Shown piece after piece: positions 53,401-61,829 of a stretch of 64,000 bases of DNA (positions are counted from its first letter, which is position 1; every line of letters starts with the position of its first letter). Origin of the DNA: Blautia sp. (GTDB taxonomy: Bacteria > Bacillota > Clostridia > Lachnospirales > Lachnospiraceae); assembly GCA_034118545.1 (NCBI GenBank), contig JAXFBD010000069.1, positions 9,948 to 73,947 of the forward strand. Direction: 5' to 3'. The position numbers and the translations under genes are program-made. The notes beneath the pieces are model-generated. The model saw nothing but the letters and a program-made list of their open reading frames with translations. It searched no databases and had not been told where the DNA came from.

Positions 53401-54320
53401 TACTCTGCCTCCCTGCGTTTCATTCGTTTTTCCACCTTTTTAAAGGATGGAAGCTTTCGCTGAACCGGTTCAAAATACTGGTGAAGACCGTCGCTGAAAA
53501 TATTCAGAGACACAACAGTCAGCACGATTGCAGCACCGGGTGCGAGAGCCAGGTACGGGTTCATCAGCAGGAAATTTCTTCCCTCATCCAGCATGGCTCC
53601 CCAGTCTGCTGTGGGCGGCTGGACACCCAGTCCAAGGAAGCTTAAGGATGCCAGATCCAGAATGGCGTATGCCAGGTCAAGAGTAATCTGTACCGTAATA
53701 GAGGAAACACAGTTTGGAAGAATGTGCCGGAACATGATCCTTGCATCCGAATAACCAATGGAAGTAGCCGCCTCCACATAGGTTTTATTTTTTTCTACCA
53801 GTGTAAGGGAACGCACCAGCCGGGTAAGCATCGGTACATAAACAATACCCAAAGCCAGCACCGCATTGAGCATTCCGCGGCCAAAGCCTGCCACAAATAC
53901 AAATGCCAGAAGCAGTGACGGGAAGGACAGTACAATATCACAGATACGTCCGATGATCATATCTGCCACACCGCCGTAATATCCGGAAATCAGCCCAAGC
54001 GGAACTCCTGCAATTACGGAAAAAGCAACTACTCCCAGCGCAGAAATCAGTGTGGTCCGTCCGCCGTAAAACAGCCTTGTAAGTAAATCTCTTCCCACCT
54101 TATCGGCTCCCAGAAGATGTTGTGCAGAGGGCAGGGCAAGAGAATCTGCCAGGTTCTGCTCTGTGGGAGAATAGGGAGAAATTATGGGTGCAAAAATGCA
54201 GCAAAGAATCAGGATTGCCAGTATGATCATGGCTATTACCATGGATACCGTAAAAACAGTTCCCTCTTTTCTTTTGCGCCGGAAAAGAGGCTTATGCCAG
54301 AAAAGCTCTCTATATTTCAT
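53400..54320 (-). CDS. Peptide ABC permease (OppC/DppC-like)
   Basis: HLLGADKVGRD, YVEAATSIG, LSFLGLG; start moved to the ATG at 54320 behind AGAGGAG. Confidence 0.92.
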   Translation of the reverse strand: MKYRELFWHKPLFRRKRKEGTVFTVSMVIAMIILAILILCCIFAPIISPYSPTEQNLADSLALPSAQHLLGADKVGRDLLTRLFYGGRTTLISALGVVAFSVIAGVPLGLISGYYGGVADMIIGRICDIVLSFPSLLLAFVFVAGFGRGMLNAVLALGIVYVPMLTRLVRSLTLVEKNKTYVEAATSIGYSDARIMFRHILPNCVSSITVQITLDLAYAILDLASLSFLGLGVQPPTADWGAMLDEGRNFLLMNPYLALAPGAAIVLTVVSLNIFSDGLHQYFEPVQRKLPSFKKVEKRMKRREAE

Positions 54321-54333
54321 TTTTTCTCCTCCT

Positions 54334-55272
54334 CTAATCCAGTCTGATTCGCGGATCAATCAGTGCATAAACAATATCTACCAGCAGGTTGATCACCAGA
54401 AACAGTGCCACCATCATCAGCGTAATTCCCTGAACAACCGGGTAATCCGAAGATTTTATAGCACCGATCAGAATGTCACCGACACCGCCCAGCGCAAATA
54501 CATTTTCCACAAGGACCGCTCCCACTATCATGGAACCGATCTGAATACTTGCCACCGTAACAACAGGGATAATGGCATTTTTCAGACAATGCTTCAGAAC
54601 TACCCTGTGATAGGGAATTCCTTTTGCAATGGCAGTGGTGGTATAATTGGAATTCAGCTGCTCGATCATATTGCTCCGTGTGATTCTGGAGATCAGAGCC
54701 ACCATATTCAACCCCAGTGCCAGCGCCGGAAGAAACAAGTAATAGATGTTTTCAACAATGGATTTCCCGCTTCCGAAAGTGGGGAAAAGATGCAGATTAA
54801 GTGCAAATACCAGCATCAGCAGAATTGCCGTCAAAAATACCGGCGAGGCAACAAATATCAGAGTGAGCACCGACAGAATCCTGTCTGTGGCCTGATTCAT
54901 TTTTACTGCACTGATGATACCTACAGGAACAGCGATCAGCAGCGCCAGTATGGCACTCATAATAACAAGCTGAAGGGTAGTCGGAAGACGTCCCGCGATC
55001 AGAGAATTAACAGACTGTTTATACTCAAAACTGTCTCCCAGATCTCCTCTCAATGCATTTGTGATCCAGATAATATACTGTTCCGGCAGAGATTTATCAA
55101 GATGATATTTCTCTTCCAGAGACTGTCTTGTTTCTTCACTGATTCTCTTTCCCTTGGTCATGGAAGCCACAGGGTCCGAAGGTGTAATGCGGATCATGCA
55201 GAAAATCAGGATTGATGTAGCCAACAAGATTGGTATCAGCTGAAGGATCCGCTTTACGATAAATTTGCCCAT
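54334..55272 (-). CDS. Peptide ABC permease (OppB/DppB-like)
   Basis: GDLGDS, YTTTAIAKG, VLVENVF, DPRIR. Confidence 0.92.
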   Translation of the reverse strand: MGKFIVKRILQLIPILLATSILIFCMIRITPSDPVASMTKGKRISEETRQSLEEKYHLDKSLPEQYIIWITNALRGDLGDSFEYKQSVNSLIAGRLPTTLQLVIMSAILALLIAVPVGIISAVKMNQATDRILSVLTLIFVASPVFLTAILLMLVFALNLHLFPTFGSGKSIVENIYYLFLPALALGLNMVALISRITRSNMIEQLNSNYTTTAIAKGIPYHRVVLKHCLKNAIIPVVTVASIQIGSMIVGAVLVENVFALGGVGDILIGAIKSSDYPVVQGITLMMVALFLVINLLVDIVYALIDPRIRLD

Positions 55273-55299
55273 TTTCCATTCTCCTTTCCCGCTTTAAAC

Positions 55300-55340
55300 A
55301 AAAAAAGTACAATGGGAACACCTTTGTTCGTCATTGTACT
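55300..55340 (-). terminator. Leader intrinsic terminator (riboswitch expression platform)
   Basis: GUACAAUG...CAUUGUAC followed by U7, about 27 nt upstream of the first permease ATG. Confidence 0.85.
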
Positions 55341-55371
55341 GTAATTTATCACTATTATTTCATTTTATTAT

Positions 55372-55536
55372 GTAATAGCTCCACCACTGTACAGTGAGAG
55401 TTCATGACCTGTTCGCCCATAAACCAACTAAACGCCCGGGACCTGCGTCTGTTTCGGCATGAAACCCTTTCCTTCTCCTTCTCCGGCCCGCCCGGCCTCC
55501 GGAAATGTACTCTTGTTTCATGCGCCTCTATTTACC
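55372..55536 (-). ncRNA. Lysine riboswitch (L-box) fold, variant at the junction core
   Basis: AGAGGCGC, AAGAGUA/GAAAGG loop E, GCCGAA, UUGG, GAACA pentaloop; P1 AAUAG/CUAUU; P2 GCAUGAAAC/GUUUCAUGC; kissing loops CCGGG/CCCGG. Confidence 0.9.
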
Positions 55537-55543
55537 TTTGTTC

Positions 55544-55573
55544 ATTATACGCTTACATATAAAAACTTGTCAA
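55544..55573 (-). promoter_or_regulatory. sigmaA promoter of the riboswitch leader
   Basis: TTGACA-N18-TATAAT; predicted +1 near 55537, just before P1. Confidence 0.85.
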
Positions 55574-55608
55574 CAAAAATTATGCAACATTATTCACTCA
55601 ATCCGCAT

Positions 55609-55649
55609 AAAACGACAGCTCCGGAGAATAAAACATCCACGGAGCCGTC
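55609..55649 (-). terminator. Terminator after glgP
   Basis: GACGGCTCCG...CGGAGCTGTC followed by GTTTT. Confidence 0.65.
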
Positions 55650-55680
55650 ACTTTAATGCTGTTTATTCAATTGCTTCAGC

Positions 55681-58140
55681 TTACTGAATGGTAACCTTAT
55701 CCAGTTTCCAGATTTCATCTACATACTGCTGAATCGTTCTGTCAGATGAGAACTTACCTGCGCTGGCTGTATTAAGAAGAGCCTTCTTAGCCCATCCTTC
55801 TCTGTCTCTGTATGCAGCTTCCACTCTTCTGTGTGCCTCTGCATAGGACTTAAAGTCTGCCAGAATGAAGTAAGTATCTGCACGGTCATATCCGTTGGAT
55901 GTCAGAAGAGAGTCGTAGATCTCTTTAAACATGTTATAATCGCCACGAGAATATGTGCCGTTCTTAAGCTGCATCAGTACCTGTCTGATATCCTGATCTG
56001 TGTTAAAGTAGTAGTTCGGATCATATCCGCCGTGGTTTTCGAAGTTAATGACCTGATCGGAAGAAAGACCGAAAATAAATGCATTTTCCTCTCCAACCTC
56101 TTCCACGATCTCCACGTTTGCACCATCCATTGTACCGATGGTCGGAGCACCGTTCAGCATAAATTTCATGTTTCCTGTACCGGATGCCTCTTTACTTGCA
56201 GTAGAAATCTGCTCGGAAACATCTGCTGCCGCAAAGATCATCTCTGCATTGGATACACGGTAGTTTTCAATGAATACAACCTTCAGCTTACCGTTGATGG
56301 AAGCATCGTTGTTGATTACATTTGCCACTTCGTTGATCAGCTTGATAGTCTGTTTTGCACGACGGTAGCCTGCTGCTGCCTTTGCACCGAAAATAAATGT
56401 TCTTGGATAGAAATCCATCTCCGGATGCTCTTTGATCTGGTTGTACAGATACATAACATGAAGGATATTCATCAGCTGACGTTTATACTCATGAAGTCTC
56501 TTAACCTGTACATCAAAGATGGAATTCGGGTCTACCTCGATGCCGTTGTGCTCAAGAATATATTTTGCAAGACGCTGTTTGTTCTTGTATTTGATATTCA
56601 TGAATTCCTGAAGCGCCTTCTTGTCATCTGCATAAACCTTCAGTTTTTCCAGTTCAGTAAGATTGGTGATCCATCCGTCGCCGATGTGATCGGTAATCCA
56701 GTCTGCCAGAAGCTGATTTCCATGGAGCAGGAAACGTCTCTGGGTAATACCGTTTGTCTTGTTGTTAAATTTCTCCGGATACATCTCATAGAAATCTCTC
56801 AGAGATTCTTTCTTAAGGATTTCTGTATGAAGTCTTGCAACACCGTTTACGGAATATCCGCCTGCAATTGCAAGGTGAGCCATCTTAACCTGTCCGTCGT
56901 AAATGATCGCCATCTTCTTGATCTTCTCGAAATTTCCCGGGAATTTAGCCTGGATGTCCAGGATAAAGCGGCGGTTAATCTCTTCAACGATCTGGTAGAT
57001 ACGCGGAAGCAGCTCGGAGAACAGGTCGATAGGCCATTTCTCAAGTGCCTCGGACATGATGGTATGGTTTGTATATGCACAGGTATGAGTTGTAATATCC
57101 CATGCATCCGCCCATTCCAGGCCCTCCTCATCCACAAGGATACGCATCAGCTCTGCAACTGCCAGTGTGGGATGTGTATCGTTCATCTGGAATGTAACCT
57201 TCTTTGGCAGATCATGAAGATCACTGTGTTTTTTCTTGAATTTTGCAATTGCTGCCTGAAGGCTTGCAGATACAAAGAAGTACTGCTGTTTCAGACGAAG
57301 CTCTTTTCCTGCACGTGCGTTATCATTAGGATAAAGAACGTTTACAAGGTTTTCTGCAAGGTTCTTCTGCTCTACGGCTTTCTGATATTCACCCTTGTCA
57401 AACAGATCCAGGTTGAACTCTACAATAGGTTCCGCATCCCAGATTCGTAAAGTATTAACGATTTTATTATTATAACCTACGATAGGCATATCGTATGGTA
57501 CGGCTCTTACAGACTGATATCCCTCATGGATGAAATGGTTTCTTCCTGTTCCGGGATCATGTTCCACACGAACGTATCCGCCGAATTTAATTTCCTTTGC
57601 ATATTCCGGACGGCGCAGCTCAAATGGATATCCGTTCTTTAACCAGTTATCCGGAACCTCAACCTGCTCTCCGTTTACGATTTTCTGTTTGAACAGACCG
57701 TACTGATAACGGATACCGCAGCCATATGCACTGTATCCAAGAGTTGCCAGAGAATCCAGGAAGCATGCTGCAAGACGTCCCAGACCGCCGTTTCCAAGTG
57801 CAGGATCCGGCTCCTGATCTTCGATTACGTTGAGATCCAGTCCCAGCTCGTCAAGGGCTTCTTTTACTTCCTTGTATGCGGTCAGATTGATCAGGTTGTT
57901 TCCCAGAGCACGTCCCATCAGGAATTCCATGGACATATAGTAAACAATCTTCGGATCATCTTTTTCATACTGCTTCTGAGTTAAAAGCCAGTTGTCAATT
58001 ACAACGTCCTTTACTGCAAGAGATACAGCCTGGAAAATCTGCTCCTGAGTAGCTTCTTCCAGAGTTCTTCGGTAAAGCATTTTAACATTATCTTTTACAC
58101 TCTGCTTAAAAGTTTCTTTCTCAAACTGCTTATCAATCAT
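55681..58140 (-). CDS. glgP: Glycogen/starch phosphorylase
   Basis: LGNGGLGRLAACF, QMNDTHP, QVKRLHEYKRQ, EASGTGNMKF. Confidence 0.97.
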   Translation of the reverse strand: MIDKQFEKETFKQSVKDNVKMLYRRTLEEATQEQIFQAVSLAVKDVVIDNWLLTQKQYEKDDPKIVYYMSMEFLMGRALGNNLINLTAYKEVKEALDELGLDLNVIEDQEPDPALGNGGLGRLAACFLDSLATLGYSAYGCGIRYQYGLFKQKIVNGEQVEVPDNWLKNGYPFELRRPEYAKEIKFGGYVRVEHDPGTGRNHFIHEGYQSVRAVPYDMPIVGYNNKIVNTLRIWDAEPIVEFNLDLFDKGEYQKAVEQKNLAENLVNVLYPNDNARAGKELRLKQQYFFVSASLQAAIAKFKKKHSDLHDLPKKVTFQMNDTHPTLAVAELMRILVDEEGLEWADAWDITTHTCAYTNHTIMSEALEKWPIDLFSELLPRIYQIVEEINRRFILDIQAKFPGNFEKIKKMAIIYDGQVKMAHLAIAGGYSVNGVARLHTEILKKESLRDFYEMYPEKFNNKTNGITQRRFLLHGNQLLADWITDHIGDGWITNLTELEKLKVYADDKKALQEFMNIKYKNKQRLAKYILEHNGIEVDPNSIFDVQVKRLHEYKRQLMNILHVMYLYNQIKEHPEMDFYPRTFIFGAKAAAGYRRAKQTIKLINEVANVINNDASINGKLKVVFIENYRVSNAEMIFAAADVSEQISTASKEASGTGNMKFMLNGAPTIGTMDGANVEIVEEVGEENAFIFGLSSDQVINFENHGGYDPNYYFNTDQDIRQVLMQLKNGTYSRGDYNMFKEIYDSLLTSNGYDRADTYFILADFKSYAEAHRRVEAAYRDREGWAKKALLNTASAGKFSSDRTIQQYVDEIWKLDKVTIQ

Positions 58141-58154
58141 TCTTTTTCCTCCTG

Positions 58155-61100
58155 TTAGCGGGATACGCCCATAGTTACTTCTTCTTTGTTAATGTTCCAA
58201 GCCTTCACATAACCATCGGTTTCACCCAGGACAAGGCTATCTGCAAGTACATCGCGCTTAATATCATCCTGGTGTGCTTTCATAATTTCCATTATTTTAT
58301 CATTGTCCTTAACATAGACGGTGATTCTGTCCATGACTTCAAATCCGGCTTCTTTACGCATAGTCTGGATCTTACTGATGATTTCACGTACAAAGCCTTC
58401 CTCAATAAGCTCATCTGTCAGATTTGTATCCAGAACCACAGAGAAATCACCGTCTGATTCTGTTACATATCCTTCCGTCTGCGCTGTCTCAATGAGCAGG
58501 TCCTCTTCTGCCAGTTCAACCTTGTTTCCGTTGATATCCAGTGTAAGGACACCATTGGAACGCAGCTCATTCATTGCTTTTGTTCCGTCAATATCGGTAA
58601 GGGCCTGACGGATTCCGCCCAGCAGCTTGCCGTATTTCGGACCTACTGTACGAAGCTGCGGTTTAAAGCTGTACGAAATAAAGGATTCCACATCGTCTGC
58701 AAATTTCACTTCTTTTACGTTCAGCTCATCTGCAATGATATCTGTAAAGAACTTATCCATCTTATTATCAGCCTTTACATACATGGTGCCGATAGGCTGA
58801 CGGTTTTTGATATTTGCCGTATTTCTGCATGCACGGCCAAGAACAACGATATGAAGCAGCTCATCCATGTTTGCTTCCAGCTCTTTGTCGATCCATGCTT
58901 CTTCAGGAACAGGGAAATCACACAGATGAATGCTCTCCGGAGCATCTGCATCAATGCTTCTTACCAGATTCTGGTAAATATCCTCTGTCATAAACGGAAT
59001 CATTGGTGCCGCTGTCTTTGCAGTTGTCACAAGAGCAGTATAAAGTGTCATATATGCATTGATCTTATCCTGCTCCATGCCCTTTGCCCAGAAACGCTCA
59101 CGGCTTCTTCTTACATACCAGTTACTCATGTCATCCACAAATTCCTGAAGTGCTCTTGCACTTTCCGGAATCTTATATGCGTCAAGATCTGCATCCACAG
59201 TTTTTACCAGAGTCTGCAGCTTGCTTAAGAGCCATTTATCCATAACCGGAAGCTTGTCATATTCCAGTGTATATTTGGTAGCATCAAAATTATCGATATT
59301 TGCATAGAGCACGAAGAATGCATAAGTGTTCCACAGAGTGCTCATGAATTTACGCTGACCTTCCACAACTGCCTTACCATGGAAACGGTTCGGCAGCCAC
59401 GGTGCACTGTTAATATAGAAATACCAGCGGATAGCATCTGCACCGTATTTCTCCAGCGCTTCAAAAGGATCTACTGCATTTCCTTTTGATTTGCTCATCT
59501 TCTGACCGTTTTCATCCTGTACATGACCAAGAACGATTACGTTTTCGTATGGAGCTTTATTAAACAGCAATGTAGACTCTGCCAGCAGAGAGTAGAACCA
59601 GCCTCTTGTCTGATCCACCGCCTCAGAAATAAACTGTGCCGGGAACTGCTGTTCAAAAACCTCTTTATTTTCAAACGGGTAATGATGCTGTGCAAAGGGC
59701 ATTGCGCCGGAGTCAAACCAGCAGTCGATTACCTCCGGTACACGGTGCATTTCTTTTCCGCATTCCGGACACTTGATGGTAATTTCATCAATATACGGAC
59801 GATGAAGCTCTACTGTCTTTGCTTTCTCATTGCCGCTCATTTCGAATAATTCCTGACGGCTTCCGATGGAATGCATGCAGCCGCATTCACACTCCCAGAT
59901 ATTCAGTGGTGTTCCCCAGTAACGGTTTCTGGAAATACCCCAGTCCTGAACGTTTTCCAGCCAGTCGCCGAAACGTCCCTTACCGATGCTTTCCGGAATC
60001 CAGTTAATGGTATTATTGTTACGTATCAGATCATCCTTAACCGCTGTCATTTTAATGAACCAGGATTCTCTTGCATAATAGATCAGCGGAGTATCACATC
60101 TCCAGCAGTGGGGATAATCATGCTCAAATTTCGGTGCATCATACAGCTTGCCCTCTTTATCCAGATCAACCAGAATCTTCGGATCTGCATCCTTAACAAA
60201 CGTTCCTGCATAGTCTGTCTCCTGGGTCATATTACCTTTTCCGTCTACAAACTGTACGAAAGGCAGTTCATAATTCCGTCCGATACGGCTGTCGTCTTCA
60301 CCGAATGCCGGTGCGATATGAACGATACCGGTACCATCGCTCATGGTTACATAGGTATCACATGTCACAAAATGTGCTTTCTTTTTCTGTTTCTTTGCTG
60401 CCTCACCTGCGCAGGCGAAAAGCGGCTCGTATTCTTTGTATTCCAGATCCTTTCCGGTGAATTTCTCCAGAATCTCATAGGCCGGTGTATCTTCAGATGC
60501 CAGCCTGCCCAGCACTTTGTCAAGCAGAGCCTCTGCCATATAGTATACATAACCGTCAGCTGCCTTTACCCTGCAGTAAGTCTCCTGAGGATTCACACAG
60601 AGAGCCACGTTGGACGGCAGTGTCCACGGAGTCGTGGTCCATGCCAGGAAATAAGCATCCTCACCGATCACCTTAAAGCGCACGATTGCAGAACGCTCTT
60701 TGACAGTCTTATATCCCTGGGATACCTCCTGTGCAGACAGCGGAGTTCCGCAGCGCGGGCAGTACGGCACGATCTTAAAGCCTTTATATAAAAGCTTTTT
60801 ATTCCAGATTTCCTTCAGTGCCCACCACTCAGATTCGATAAAATTATCATCGTAGGTTACATACGGATTTTCCATATCGGCCCAGAAACCAACGGTAGAG
60901 GAAAAGTCCTCCCACATGCCTTTGTATTTCCAGACACTTTCCTTACACTCTTTGATGAACGGTTCCATACCATATGCTTCGATCTGATCTTTTCCGTCCA
61001 GTCCCAGCTTCTTTTCAACTTCCAGCTCCACCGGAAGACCATGGGTATCCCATCCTGCCTTACGGGGAACCATATAACCCTTCATGGTACGGTATCTGGG

Positions 61101-61304
61101 AATCATATCCTTGATAACACGAGTCAGTACATGACCAATATGCGGTTTTCCGTTTGCTGTAGGAGGTCCGTCATAAAAGGTATAGGTTTCGCCTTCTTTA
61201 CGATTCTCCATACTTTTCTCAAAGATATGGTTTTCTTTCCAGAACTTTTCCACTTTTTTTTCGCGGTCAACAAAATTTAAATTCGTGTCTACTTTCTGGT
61301 ACAC
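58155..61304 (-). CDS. ileS: Isoleucyl-tRNA synthetase, long type-2 form
   Basis: GPPTANGKPHIGH, WGISRNRYWG, KMSKS; GTG start at 61304 is 8 nt after GGAGG (the ATG at 61310 is only 2 nt after it). Confidence 0.96.
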   Translation of the reverse strand: MYQKVDTNLNFVDREKKVEKFWKENHIFEKSMENRKEGETYTFYDGPPTANGKPHIGHVLTRVIKDMIPRYRTMKGYMVPRKAGWDTHGLPVELEVEKKLGLDGKDQIEAYGMEPFIKECKESVWKYKGMWEDFSSTVGFWADMENPYVTYDDNFIESEWWALKEIWNKKLLYKGFKIVPYCPRCGTPLSAQEVSQGYKTVKERSAIVRFKVIGEDAYFLAWTTTPWTLPSNVALCVNPQETYCRVKAADGYVYYMAEALLDKVLGRLASEDTPAYEILEKFTGKDLEYKEYEPLFACAGEAAKKQKKKAHFVTCDTYVTMSDGTGIVHIAPAFGEDDSRIGRNYELPFVQFVDGKGNMTQETDYAGTFVKDADPKILVDLDKEGKLYDAPKFEHDYPHCWRCDTPLIYYARESWFIKMTAVKDDLIRNNNTINWIPESIGKGRFGDWLENVQDWGISRNRYWGTPLNIWECECGCMHSIGSRQELFEMSGNEKAKTVELHRPYIDEITIKCPECGKEMHRVPEVIDCWFDSGAMPFAQHHYPFENKEVFEQQFPAQFISEAVDQTRGWFYSLLAESTLLFNKAPYENVIVLGHVQDENGQKMSKSKGNAVDPFEALEKYGADAIRWYFYINSAPWLPNRFHGKAVVEGQRKFMSTLWNTYAFFVLYANIDNFDATKYTLEYDKLPVMDKWLLSKLQTLVKTVDADLDAYKIPESARALQEFVDDMSNWYVRRSRERFWAKGMEQDKINAYMTLYTALVTTAKTAAPMIPFMTEDIYQNLVRSIDADAPESIHLCDFPVPEEAWIDKELEANMDELLHIVVLGRACRNTANIKNRQPIGTMYVKADNKMDKFFTDIIADELNVKEVKFADDVESFISYSFKPQLRTVGPKYGKLLGGIRQALTDIDGTKAMNELRSNGVLTLDINGNKVELAEEDLLIETAQTEGYVTESDGDFSVVLDTNLTDELIEEGFVREIISKIQTMRKEAGFEVMDRITVYVKDNDKIMEIMKAHQDDIKRDVLADSLVLGETDGYVKAWNINKEEVTMGVSR

Positions 61305-61356
61305 AAGCATTTCCTCCTGTTTTATTTTTAGCATAAAAATATTTGTCAAAAAACAC

Positions 61357-61600
61357 AAAAACCTCCGTCCTGTAAAAGGACGAAGGTATATCACTTCGCT
61401 CAACCACCTGTTACATGATACGGGCATATTACTGCCGATATATGTTCCCTGTAACGGGGGATACCGTCTGATCCTACCAGGCGCTGCCCTTCGGAAAAGA
61501 AACTCCAAAGTGATCTTCTGCTGTCCGTACTTGCACCGGGCTCGCACCATTCCCGGCTCGCTGCCGCTTTCTCTGTACAGCATACTCTCTTTATCATTGT
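61357..61600 (-). ncRNA. Ile T-box leader
   Basis: Stem I with AGCGAG and GGUG motifs, specifier AUC (61512-61514), T-box AGGUGGU (within 61397-61409), terminator CCUUCGUCC/GGACGGAGG-U5. Confidence 0.9.
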
Positions 61601-61634
61601 TTTTATCAATATCCTATTCTTATTCGCGGATTTA

Positions 61635-61664
61635 ATTATAATGGTTACAAATTCCATATGTCAA
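61635..61664 (-). promoter_or_regulatory. sigmaA promoter of ileS
   Basis: TTGACA-N18-TATAAT upstream of the T-box. Confidence 0.8.
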
Positions 61665-61829
61665 GTCTTTTTTCTTCTGTTCGGCTCCCGCAAAATCAGC
61701 CAAATCAGACATTCTTCCATATTTCCTCTCCTTTATTAATAGAATTTTCACATACAAACAGTGGTATCAGCCCCAAAAAGGTGCTATAATCACAAAGTAA
61801 AAATAATTATTCAACAAAAGGATATCATT

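Noticed and set aside
54184-57450. Plus-strand ORFs 54184..55215, 55459..55656, 55505..55687 and 55831..57450
   Set aside because: Antisense to the permeases, the riboswitch leader and glgP, which explain the sequence.
61305-61583. Extra N-terminal ~93 aa of the ileS ORF
   Set aside because: This is the T-box leader, open by chance.
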